Below, piece by piece: positions 34,540 through 42,826 of a stretch of 57,809 nt of DNA. The stretch's first letter is position 1, and each line of letters opens with the position of its first letter. The position numbers and the translations under genes are program-made. The DNA comes from Candidatus Micrarchaeota archaeon (GTDB taxonomy: Archaea > Micrarchaeota > Micrarchaeia > Norongarragalinales > UBA8480). The notes beneath the pieces were generated by a model. It saw only the letters and a list, made by a program, of their open reading frames with translations. It did no database searches and was not told the DNA's origin. The stretch lies in assembly GCA_043805855.1 (NCBI GenBank), contig JAZDHP010000029.1, positions 1-57,809 of the forward strand, written 5' to 3'.

Positions 34540-36125
34540 TTTTTGCTCGCCTTTATTAGTTGTGAGAATGACTCTTCTGGTTGTTCAAGCCGTGAGTCAA
34601 ACTCCGGGTGATATTGTACTCCAAAGAAGAACGGGTGGTTTTTCAACTCGAGTACTTTTTGGATTTTGCCGGTTTCGTCTGTGCCGGAAAAAGTCACGCC
34701 TGTGTCGATTAACTGTGAAACGTATTCTGGGTTCATTTCCCAGCGGTGTCTAAATCGTTTTTGGATTTCTGTGGTTTGGTATAATTGAAACGCAAGTGTA
34801 TTTTGTTTAATTAGTACTTTCTTAGCGCCAAGTCGGTTTGTTGCGCCCTTGTTTTTAATTAGCTTCTGTTCTGGAAGCAGGTCAATTACTGGGTGAGTTG
34901 TTTTTTCGTCTATTTCTGTTGTGTTTGCATCTGGCCAGTTTAGTTGGTGGCGCGCGATTTCTACAATTGCAAGTTGGAACCCGTAGCAAATTCCTAACAT
35001 TGGAAGGTTGTTTTCGCGACAATATTTAATTGCATTTATTTTGCCCTCGACAGCGCGGCCGCCGTAGCCGCCGGGAATAATTACGCCATCGTAATCTTTT
35101 AGGGTTGTGTTGTCGCTTTCAACTTCCGTTGCGTCGAGTAGAAACCCGTTTACTTTTACGTCATTGTGCACTCCCGCGTGGAGGAGTGCTTCGAAAATGC
35201 TAGCATATGCATCTTTTGCTTTTGCGTATTTCCCAACAACTGCGATGTTTATTTCGTCGGTTGTGTTTTCAATTTTTTCAACTAACTCTCGCCATTTTTG
35301 GAAATCTTCGCCGTCTTTTATTGGAATTTGTAATTGTTTTGAAAGCGCGACGTCAATTCCCTGCGCTTCTAGTATTAATGGCACTTTGTAAATTGTGCTG
35401 GCGTTTGGCGAGTAGTAAATGTTGTTTGGGTTAACGCTGCACTGTAACGCTAGCTTGATACGCGATTCTTCATTCATTTCACGAGTTGTTCGCGCAATTA
35501 GCACGTCCGGCGTAATCCCACGCGCTTGCAACGCGCGCACTGAGTGTTGCATTGGTTTTGTTTTTTCTTCTCCAGTAATTATTATGGGAAGCAATGCTAG
35601 GTGAATGAACCGCACGTTGTCGCCTTCTTCGTATTTCATTTGCCGAGCCGCGTCAAGTACAATGTCACTTTCAATATCTCCAACTGTTCCACCAATTTCT
35701 ATAATAAGTGTATCGCAGTTGGTTTTTTCGCCGCACTCGCGAATTTTGCGTTTAATTAAATTAGTCGCGTGGGGAATTAATTGAACTGTTTTGCCAAGGT
35801 AGTCGCCACGGCGTTCTTTTTCTGAAAGTTCCTTGTAAACTTCTCCCATCATTAAGTTCTGTTCTTTAATTGCAAACGCATTTAGAAAGCGCTCGTAGTT
35901 TCCAACGTCTAAGTCGCATTCTCTCCCGTCGCGTGTTACAAATACTTCACCATGTTCAAATGGATTTAACGTTCCAGCGTCGCAGTTCAAGTAAGGATCT
36001 ATTTTCATTAAGCTGGCGTTGTGGTTGTTTTTTGCGCGGAGGATTTTGGCAATTGAAGAGGCTAAGATGCCTTTGCCTAGAGAAGAGAGTACGCCTCCAG
36101 TTATAAAAATAAAATTGCGTTTCAC
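34533..36125 (-). CDS. pyrG: CTP synthase
   Basis: IFITGGVLSSLGKGI N-terminus and the C-terminal GATase with LGICYGFQL and HRHRWEMN-type motifs. Confidence 0.9.
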   Translation of the reverse strand: MKRNFIFITGGVLSSLGKGILASSIAKILRAKNNHNASLMKIDPYLNCDAGTLNPFEHGEVFVTRDGRECDLDVGNYERFLNAFAIKEQNLMMGEVYKELSEKERRGDYLGKTVQLIPHATNLIKRKIRECGEKTNCDTLIIEIGGTVGDIESDIVLDAARQMKYEEGDNVRFIHLALLPIIITGEEKTKPMQHSVRALQARGITPDVLIARTTREMNEESRIKLALQCSVNPNNIYYSPNASTIYKVPLILEAQGIDVALSKQLQIPIKDGEDFQKWRELVEKIENTTDEINIAVVGKYAKAKDAYASIFEALLHAGVHNDVKVNGFLLDATEVESDNTTLKDYDGVIIPGGYGGRAVEGKINAIKYCRENNLPMLGICYGFQLAIVEIARHQLNWPDANTTEIDEKTTHPVIDLLPEQKLIKNKGATNRLGAKKVLIKQNTLAFQLYQTTEIQKRFRHRWEMNPEYVSQLIDTGVTFSGTDETGKIQKVLELKNHPFFFGVQYHPEFDSRLEQPEESFSQLIKASKKC

Positions 36126-36274
36126 GCTATTAATTTGCGGCGATATAGTTAAAAAAAGAGGCGGAACGCAGTAAAAAGAGTTAAAAAATTAAATAAAAAT
36201 TGAAAAAATATTAAAAAATTAAAAATAAAGCTAAAAAATGGAATAAATTAAAAAATATGAAAATATTAAAAAAG

Positions 36275-36409
36275 TTAAAAAGGAGATTTGCTGGTGTCAA
36301 AGTGTTCTTCTGCGTCTTTTTCGTTTGGTCGCAAGAAAGGCATCACTTTGCTGAAAAATAATAGCGCGACACCTGCCAGCACGAGATATGGTAAAAATTC
36401 AAGCACCAT
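36275..36409 (-). CDS. 44-aa single-TM micro-protein (last gene of the membrane operon)
   Basis: Not in the track (<60 aa). MVLEFLPYLVLAGVALLFFSKVMPFLRPNEKDAEEHFDTSKSPF, with GGTGA 7 nt upstream of the ATG. Confidence 0.35.
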   Translation of the reverse strand: MVLEFLPYLVLAGVALLFFSKVMPFLRPNEKDAEEHFDTSKSPF

Positions 36410-36429
36410 TTCTTTCACCTTTGCTTTTT

Positions 36430-36735
36430 TTAGTTTCCGAGGATTACCCTACGTTTAGAGTTGACTTGGCCTTTCCTGTGCTCGTATTGAATGCGGTAAT
36501 ATGCAGCTGCTGCTAATGCCAGCACGGCTAGAATATTACCAATGAGCAAGAGGAATACCCCAATTGCTGCGAAAACGTATTGGTTTAAGTCAAACGCAAC
36601 CATGTCTTGGAAGTCGTTCATGTATTTTTCCATGTATCCCCAACGAGTAGTTGCTTGTAGGAAGATTGGCTGCTCTGCTCCAACTGAAGTGCCTCTTACG
36701 AATTTTCCAAATTCTCCTTCTGCCATTTTTTTCAC
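36430..36735 (-). CDS. small membrane protein (operon member 5)
   Basis: 101 aa: a soluble N-terminal ~50 aa, then the hydrophobic hairpin VFAAIGVFLLLIGNILAVLALAAAAYY. Confidence 0.5.
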   Translation of the reverse strand: MKKMAEGEFGKFVRGTSVGAEQPIFLQATTRWGYMEKYMNDFQDMVAFDLNQYVFAAIGVFLLLIGNILAVLALAAAAYYRIQYEHRKGQVNSKRRVILGN

Positions 36736-36754
36736 CTCATTTTATTACAATTCA

Positions 36755-37288
36755 CTATACTGTGTGGTACATTGTCTTGTTACTCATATCGTCTTTACCG
36801 AAGAACAAACCGCCGATGTACTGGCCCCAATTGTGGCCAACTTTCCATGCGAATGGAACCGCAACAAGCGGGTGTATCATTATGTACGCTAGAATCGTCG
36901 CTGCTAGGTAAACCCAAGTGTACGTCCATGCCTTGTAACACGTTCCAGAATCGTAGGTAAAGTCGTTTGGTTCAATCCATGCAGCTATTGCGTCTTTACG
37001 AGTTGCAATTTTTACAATTCCAATTGGGTCGCCTCTTCCCATTAACCTACCAGTCTGAAGTAGTTTATTTTTCCTTTGTTCGACAGACATTGCTAGCCAT
37101 TTAGCGTCGTTTTTCTTTTCTGGCGGCGTCATTGTTTTTAAGTCAATGTCGTCCGACGGGGTTGAATATGGAACTGTCAAAAGCGTCTTGTAAGTAGAGT
37201 CGTCTTTCTTCGACGCTCCACTAACTTGCACTGCTGACTTTGACTTTGCAAGAGCCGCTTTTATTTCGTTGATTGTTTTGAATTTCAT
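36755..37288 (-). CDS. membrane protein (operon member 4)
   Basis: Start set at the ATG at 37288 (AGGTGGA 5 nt upstream; the longer track ORF would overlap member 3). N-terminal helix + KKDD motif, C-terminal TM segments. Confidence 0.5.
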   Translation of the reverse strand: MKFKTINEIKAALAKSKSAVQVSGASKKDDSTYKTLLTVPYSTPSDDIDLKTMTPPEKKNDAKWLAMSVEQRKNKLLQTGRLMGRGDPIGIVKIATRKDAIAAWIEPNDFTYDSGTCYKAWTYTWVYLAATILAYIMIHPLVAVPFAWKVGHNWGQYIGGLFFGKDDMSNKTMYHTV

Positions 37289-37299
37289 TTGATTCCACC

Positions 37300-37689
37300 T
37301 TACAACTTTTCTATTGTCTTGATGAACTTGTCGCTTGCGAAGTAAATTACCCAAATAATTCCAAGGGGCAGCGCAAGCCAAGTGTTTGAGATTACCGCCA
37401 ATGCAGTTCCCAGGAAGAGCAAAGCGTTGATTATTTTGTCGTCGACGAGAAACATGTGCTTTTCCATGTCTTCTTCGAAGGTAATGTTTTTGTAACGCAA
37501 TATGTGTGCTAGTTTGTAATACTCCATTAACACTGCAAATTTGCTTGCCCAGGTTTGCAATTTCAACGATGTTTCGTCGCTGCAAAATGACGAAGACATT
37601 CCCTTAGCAATGTTTTCAAGGCGTTCGCTAGTTCCCAGTCCAACTGCATCGTACGACGTCTTCGAACTATGTAGTGCATCAGTTGTCAT
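37300..37689 (-). CDS. small membrane protein (operon member 3)
   Basis: 129 aa with a C-terminal hydrophobic hairpin (LLFLGTALAVISNTWLALPLGIIWVIYF). Confidence 0.5.
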   Translation of the reverse strand: MTTDALHSSKTSYDAVGLGTSERLENIAKGMSSSFCSDETSLKLQTWASKFAVLMEYYKLAHILRYKNITFEEDMEKHMFLVDDKIINALLFLGTALAVISNTWLALPLGIIWVIYFASDKFIKTIEKL

Positions 37690-37691
37690 TT

Positions 37692-38075
37692 TTATTCACC
37701 AATTATTGCGGTACGGAAGTTTCCGTTAAAGCGAGCGATGTTACGGCACCACATTGCGTGGTCCCAGTACTTTGCAGCAAGTGCAACACAAAATAATGAA
37801 AAGGGAGCAAAGACGTTGAATGTAAAAATTGCAACGCCAAGGAAACAAGCGCACTTTATCTTTGCACGGTAGTCGTCCTTCCAAAAGTCAATAAATTCAT
37901 TTAGGTAAACTTTACGAGTACATTGGCCCAAGACGTTATCAGTGCCGCGGGAAAGCACACCAGTGTAAAAGTCATCCTTCTTTGTTTTTGGCTCTTTAAA
38001 TGGCTCTGCCTTCAAGTCTGCTTTCAGCTGTTCGACTAGCGTCTTTGCCGTTGTTTGTGCGCCTGTTAAAGTCAT
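37692..38075 (-). CDS. small membrane protein (operon member 2)
   Basis: 127 aa. N-terminal AKTLVEQLKADLKAEPFKEPKTKKDD motif shared with members 1 and 4, plus a C-terminal TM hairpin. Confidence 0.5.
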   Translation of the reverse strand: MTLTGAQTTAKTLVEQLKADLKAEPFKEPKTKKDDFYTGVLSRGTDNVLGQCTRKVYLNEFIDFWKDDYRAKIKCACFLGVAIFTFNVFAPFSLFCVALAAKYWDHAMWCRNIARFNGNFRTAIIGE

Positions 38076-38130
38076 TTTTTATAACCTTTGATCTTTTGTT
38101 TACCGTTTTTTGTTTTTCCTTTCCTTTCTT

Positions 38131-38502
38131 TTACCTTGTGTACAAAATCTTTCTCTTTGTAAGGTTTCTTTCTATATATTTTGAAACTTTGACGTGTTCT
38201 GAATAAAAGTGGCCGGCAAGAACCGCTGCACCAGCAGCGAGCCACAAATTAACACTAAGCAAGAAAAGCGCAGCAACTGCGCACAAAATGCCAAAAACTC
38301 TCGAAGCATGCCAAGTCATCCAGGTACTAATTCCGCCATTAATGAAATTCTGACGAGTTGTTACGTTAAGCATTGAAGAGTTCTTGTCCATCTGAGCTGG
38401 GACAAAAGTAGGCATGACTACGACCGGGTCCTCTTCTTTTTTAGCCGCGGTATTCGATGCGGTAATTTTCAACTTTGCCATTTCAGAGGGTAATAAACTC
38501 AT
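38131..38502 (-). CDS. small membrane protein (operon member 1)
   Basis: 123 aa: MAKLKITASNTAAKKEED motif, then the TM hairpin FGILCAVAALFLLSVNLWLAAGAAVLAG. Confidence 0.5.
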   Translation of the reverse strand: MSLLPSEMAKLKITASNTAAKKEEDPVVVMPTFVPAQMDKNSSMLNVTTRQNFINGGISTWMTWHASRVFGILCAVAALFLLSVNLWLAAGAAVLAGHFYSEHVKVSKYIERNLTKRKILYTR

Positions 38503-38675
38503 ATCTCAAAAACTCCTTGTTTCTGCTTGCAATTAATATGCAGAAACTAATTTATAAACTTACCGGTAGTAACAAATAGTTAGTGAATGTGTCGTCAAGT
38601 AACGTATTGATATTTTTTAGTGGTTTTAGCTCGTAGAATGAGAGATTTCCATTGCGCTTTTTGCGGTATGATTTT

Positions 38676-39158
38676 TTATGATTGCGAATTTACGTCACTG
38701 TTTTCACTAATGGTTGGTGACAAGTCAGTTTGCGCTGATTCTTGTGTTAGTTTGTGTTCTTTGCCAGTTAGCTTTTCGCCAGTTAAATCCTCTAACTTTA
38801 AGCCAATTGCTAAGTCGCTCTTGGCTATAGTGTAACCGTGTTTCGTTTCCTTTAAGAAACTCAGTGGAAAGAATCGCCAGTCTTCTCGCGGTGGCTTCCA
38901 CGCGATGTAAAAGGGAATTCCGGTTGTGTTTTCAAATTCGCGCATTATTTGCATTTTTGGCTTTTCGAAGTGTAAGTTGGCCTTCCATGCTTTGCACTCT
39001 AGTGCAAATTTGCGGTTCATGCTCAACGCCACTAGATCAGGCGCTAGGCCATCAACACCGCTTTTGCTCGAGCGTACAACCCAAAAGCCACGCTCCCGTA
39101 GTAGCTGTTTTAACTGCCGCTCTGCCCTTGCACCTTTAATGTACGCGCCTTTGCCCAT
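38676..39158 (-). CDS. hjc: Holliday junction resolvase Hjc with a C-terminal extension
   Basis: KGARAERQLKQLLRERGFWVVRSSKSG...APDLVAL...FALECKAW carries the E...D...ExK nuclease core of archaeal Hjc. Confidence 0.7.
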   Translation of the reverse strand: MGKGAYIKGARAERQLKQLLRERGFWVVRSSKSGVDGLAPDLVALSMNRKFALECKAWKANLHFEKPKMQIMREFENTTGIPFYIAWKPPREDWRFFPLSFLKETKHGYTIAKSDLAIGLKLEDLTGEKLTGKEHKLTQESAQTDLSPTISENSDVNSQS

Positions 39159-39205
39159 ATTGATGAACTAAGGTAGTGAGATTAATTATCTTGTATGCTT
39201 GTTGG

Positions 39206-39592
39206 CTATTTGATCCGCTTTATTCCACTTACTTTGTCAAAACCCGCGTCGAATGACAAAATTTCTTTTAAACCAAGGCGCTGCATGTGAAGTATCATGT
39301 TTGCGTCGGTGAAACTTAACTCTGGGCTTTTTGAGTGAATTTCTTTTGTAGCATTGAATGATAGTTTATCGTTGTAAATGACTTCTTGTTTTTGTGAACT
39401 TGTTAGGAGTTCAAATGCTTCTCTCGATGCGTGTGCTCCGCTTTTTCGCAGTAAAAAATTAGCTACTTCTATAATTGCATAGTCAGTCATGTGTCGCTTG
39501 TTCTTTAAAAAAATAGGCAATAGTTGCAAAGCTGATTCGTGTTTTTCATCTCGGTTATATAAGTAAGCTATCCAGCAACTGCTATCAATCAT
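39206..39592 (-). CDS. PIN-domain toxin (VapC-like)
   Basis: MIDSSCWIAY (Asp3), later E and FTDAN/SFDAGF acidic positions. 4-nt overlap with the upstream small gene. Confidence 0.7.
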   Translation of the reverse strand: MIDSSCWIAYLYNRDEKHESALQLLPIFLKNKRHMTDYAIIEVANFLLRKSGAHASREAFELLTSSQKQEVIYNDKLSFNATKEIHSKSPELSFTDANMILHMQRLGLKEILSFDAGFDKVSGIKRIK

Positions 39593-39852
39593 ATAATTAA
39601 GTCATGCTCCAGTGCGGCGTTTGTTCTTTCCTTGCCAGTATACGTTGTTCTAAGCAATATGTCAAGCGAATCTTCAGTTTGTTCTTTTTTCTTTACATAA
39701 TTAAGAAAATCCATTTCTTTCCGCGAAATAAATTCAAGAATATCTGTAAGTAGGGTTTTTTGAGAGGTTTTCACTCCCAATTGTAATAGGTGCTTCTGCA
39801 ATTCCTTCAACACTAGCACGTCTTCAACTTCAATCTTTCTAGTAGTTTCCAT
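39589..39852 (-). CDS. antitoxin-like small protein
   Basis: 87 aa, coupled upstream partner of the PIN gene. Confidence 0.5.
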   Translation of the reverse strand: METTRKIEVEDVLVLKELQKHLLQLGVKTSQKTLLTDILEFISRKEMDFLNYVKKKEQTEDSLDILLRTTYTGKERTNAALEHDLII

Positions 39853-39913
39853 GTCAAAAGTAGGTAAAAACCACTTTATATACTTTACTACTTGGCTTGA
39901 GTGGGGAAGTTAA

Positions 39914-40726
39914 TTAGCGCATTGGGGGGCGGCGTTGATTTTGCCAGTGACGATCAATGTCTTTTGTTGTCGCACGGGAAATTAGTTTACTGTTGCGATA
40001 TAGTTCAGCGGCGTTGTTATACGAACCGCTTGGAACTAGGGAGTAGCCTCTCTTCGGTAACTCGCGATTAAAATAGTGACTTTTCAAATCGCCTAGAACC
40101 GCATTCATTTCAGCTAAAAATGTCGCGTTACTTCCTTCGCGATCTGGGTACATAGCGGCTCTGCGTTGAACGTCTTTAAATTGATCTTCAAAACTTAAGC
40201 TAAGTTCATTGGTACCTTTCTTTTCATAATGCGATCTAAGCTCGTCAGCGCCTTCAAATTCAGAGGGCATTCCGCCCCTAACATAGCGAAGGAGGAGACG
40301 TTCAAAATCCGCGTTTATTTCGTTGTATACTTGTGGATGTAAAACAGGAAGCGTACGTCGAATATAGCCGGCGCCGTCGTATGAACGGAGCGAATATAGC
40401 GCTTCATGTTGCGCGAATTTGTCCAAAACATCTTGTTCTGACACGTAAGTGGGTTTGTAAGATTGCACAGTTGACGTTGCTGGTTGTTTTGATCGTTGCC
40501 TAGCGTCTTGTTCTATTCTCCTAATCGCTTCAGCCCACGTTAATCCTGAGGGCGGCTTTAACTTTTCCAGGTTTTCCATTACTGTCCTTATTGGCGGCCT
40601 CGTTGGTTTTGAGGGGGTTTCTACTGGTTTGTCTCTCAATGCAACAGTTCCAACTAGTGCTCCTGCTGCTGCGGTTAGTAATGCAATTCTCTTCCAGTTT
40701 GTTGGCCTCTTAATTTTAGATGGCAT
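39914..40726 (-). CDS. membrane-anchored hypothetical protein (paralog of 40739..41593)
   Basis: N-terminal TM (IALLTAAAGALVGTVAL), Pro-rich linker, shared block GLTWAEAIRRIEQDARQR. Confidence 0.5.
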   Translation of the reverse strand: MPSKIKRPTNWKRIALLTAAAGALVGTVALRDKPVETPSKPTRPPIRTVMENLEKLKPPSGLTWAEAIRRIEQDARQRSKQPATSTVQSYKPTYVSEQDVLDKFAQHEALYSLRSYDGAGYIRRTLPVLHPQVYNEINADFERLLLRYVRGGMPSEFEGADELRSHYEKKGTNELSLSFEDQFKDVQRRAAMYPDREGSNATFLAEMNAVLGDLKSHYFNRELPKRGYSLVPSGSYNNAAELYRNSKLISRATTKDIDRHWQNQRRPPMR

Positions 40727-40738
40727 GTTGTTTCCCGT

Positions 40739-41593
40739 TTATAGCTCAGCTTTTCGCTGTCTTTGAAGCGCTGACTGCTTTCGCTGCCAAACTTGGTCCA
40801 TTTCTAGGTAGCTATCTTGTGTGGTTTTGCGCGGCGGATCTCTTTTGTTTGGATTAAAGGGGCGCACTACAAATGTTTGTTTGCCGCTATCGTAATATCC
40901 ACTGTACCTTTCTCGCTCTAGTGCCGTTCGATAGTATTCTCCTTTAGCTCTCAAAAACTCAGCCATTACTTCTTCATGAATTTTTTGTTGTCTATCTCTT
41001 TCGCTTAGTCCCTTAAATTTAGTGCCTATTTCGTTTACTAATTCCTCTAGCGAAGCCCGCGCTACTGGAATTCTCGATTCGTTAAATTTTCCTTGAAAAT
41101 ATAACTTGAGATCGCGGTTGAATGCATAGTCAATGCGGTTATATATGTCGGGGCGGAGGATTGGAAGGCTTTGAATTAAAGATAACGCGTCGTCGCCGAG
41201 CGTGTGAGTTTGTAGTGTCTCCGCTTCGTGTTGTGCTAATCTATATGCGAATTCCCCGGCGGTTAGTCGAGAAAAAGGATTAGGCGCTGGTGGTGGCGAA
41301 TCCGCAGCTTTTTCTTGCACTCGCTGCTTTGCATCTGCCTCTATTTTCTTAATTGCCTCAGCCCAAGTTAATTCAGATGGCTTTGCCTGCGTTAGGCCGT
41401 TTGGTTTTGGCGGCTGTGGTGCAGCTGAAACTTTTTCAACAATTTGAGTAGTTGGCCTTAAGGGAATTGTTTTTGGAGGCGAGCGGAGCGCGTAGTACGC
41501 TCCTGTGCCGGCAACAACCGCGGCAGCAGCGGCTAAGAGTGCTTTTCTCTTGCTTGTTGCTCTTGTTGGGTTTAGTGCTTTCCTTGCGGCCAT
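40739..41593 (-). CDS. membrane-anchored hypothetical protein (paralog of 39914..40726)
   Basis: Same architecture; shared block ELTWAEAIKKIEADAKQR and downstream LPIL(R/H)P..YN.I. Confidence 0.5.
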   Translation of the reverse strand: MAARKALNPTRATSKRKALLAAAAAVVAGTGAYYALRSPPKTIPLRPTTQIVEKVSAAPQPPKPNGLTQAKPSELTWAEAIKKIEADAKQRVQEKAADSPPPAPNPFSRLTAGEFAYRLAQHEAETLQTHTLGDDALSLIQSLPILRPDIYNRIDYAFNRDLKLYFQGKFNESRIPVARASLEELVNEIGTKFKGLSERDRQQKIHEEVMAEFLRAKGEYYRTALERERYSGYYDSGKQTFVVRPFNPNKRDPPRKTTQDSYLEMDQVWQRKQSALQRQRKAEL

Positions 41594-41740
41594 TTTGCTA
41601 CTCGCCTTTTGTCGTTATTATTTTTACTTAACTCTAGCTATAAATAGAACTTGTTACCTTATAGTAGTTAAGAATATTTACAGCGTGCATTTTGAGAAAA
41701 TTAGTTTTTTCACTTGTGCGCTTGGCATCAGGTTAAAAAT

Positions 41741-42169
41741 ATGGAAACCGGTGTTAAAGTTGGAGACTGCATGAAGACGTCGCTCGTCACCGTGCCTGAA
41801 TCTTCATCTGTTGTTTTAGCTGCTAGGAAAATGGCAGAAACGGGTGTTGGGAGTATTTTGGTAACAAACCAGAAAGGCATTTACGGTATTTTGACTGAGC
41901 GCGATCTTGTTGTCAAGGCTCTGGCGAATAACAAAGTTAATTTGACTGTGAAAGAAGTATGCACAAAAACGCTTATCACAATTTCGAAGCAAGAGGACAT
42001 CTCTCAAGCCGCGAGGCTCATGGGAGAGAAAGGCATAAAGCGCCTTGTAGTTACAGACAACGGTAAACTTGTCGGCATAGTTTCACAAAAAGATTTGATT
42101 TCCATTGCTCCGTCGCTTTACGATGCGATAAACGAGCAAAAACCAACTGCCAAGCTCAAAGTGTATTAA
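41741..42169 (+). CDS. CBS-domain pair protein
   Basis: Two CBS repeats (VGDCMKTSLVTV...GVGSILV; ..ARLMGEKGIKRLVVTDNGKLVGIVSQKDL). ATG at 41741. Confidence 0.75.
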   Translation: METGVKVGDCMKTSLVTVPESSSVVLAARKMAETGVGSILVTNQKGIYGILTERDLVVKALANNKVNLTVKEVCTKTLITISKQEDISQAARLMGEKGIKRLVVTDNGKLVGIVSQKDLISIAPSLYDAINEQKPTAKLKVY

Positions 42170-42274
42170 CTAATTATCTAAGGAGAAAAAGCGGGTAAAT
42201 GTTTTGTCGAGCAACCGCAGTAGCCGTGGATGACGTTCTTGATTCAATGAGAGAAACGCCAACAGCGGTTACAT

Positions 42275-42712
42275 GTGGCTCGAAAAATTAAAAACGGAGG
42301 CGGCGCAAAAGCCGTCAATAATATGGATGTTTTAGAAAAACTTGGCAAAATCGAAAAACTGATCAACCAGCTGAATGACGGAAATTTTGTCCTCGTTGTC
42401 GAGGGCAAGCGCGACCTAGTTGCGTTGCGCAACCTTGGTTTAACAACTGAAATAATTGCGGCTGTTGGGCGATCAGAAATGCTCGTCGCAAAAATTGTCA
42501 ACACTGAAAAAAAACCAGTTATTTTGTTTGACTTTGACGAAACCGGCATTGAACGCTGTAAGCGTTTGGCTGAACTCCTTGAAAATGAAGGAGTTGTGCC
42601 TGACGTTGCTGTGCGGAACAAGTTTCGGGGTTTGCTCGGGATAAGGTTCTTCGAGGAAAGCGATTCCAAGTTTGACAAACTCAAAACAGAAATTGAGGAA
42701 AAACGTAGATAG
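42275..42712 (+). CDS. small Toprim-domain protein
   Basis: FVLVVEGKRDLVALRNLGL (Toprim Glu) and VILFDFDETGIE (DxD). Start uncertain (GTG 42275 or ATG 42323). Confidence 0.6.
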   Translation: MARKIKNGGGAKAVNNMDVLEKLGKIEKLINQLNDGNFVLVVEGKRDLVALRNLGLTTEIIAAVGRSEMLVAKIVNTEKKPVILFDFDETGIERCKRLAELLENEGVVPDVAVRNKFRGLLGIRFFEESDSKFDKLKTEIEEKRR

Positions 42713-42826
42713 AAAAAAGCAAAAACAAAAGATAAAAAACGATGAAAATCGCGAAAATAGAAAATAAACAGAAAAAATAGAAAACAAACAAAAATAAACA
42801 GAAAAAATATAAGGTGAAAAAATTAA

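Noticed and set aside
36130-36274. A-rich spacers with recurring ATTAAAAAA-type words (also 4668..4733, 27136..27267, 42713..42826, 44225..44290) that superficially resemble repeat arrays or CRISPR leaders.
   Set aside because: There are no regularly spaced identical repeats or unique spacers. They lie downstream of minus-strand genes, where they read as oligo-T, which fits archaeal terminators plus AT-rich promoters.
36755-37585. The long 276-aa version of the ORF in the membrane operon.
   Set aside because: Its first ~100 codons overlap 37300..37689 in another frame and are Arg/His-rich shadow sequence. An internal ATG at 37288 has a strong AGGTGGA RBS and fits the operon spacing.
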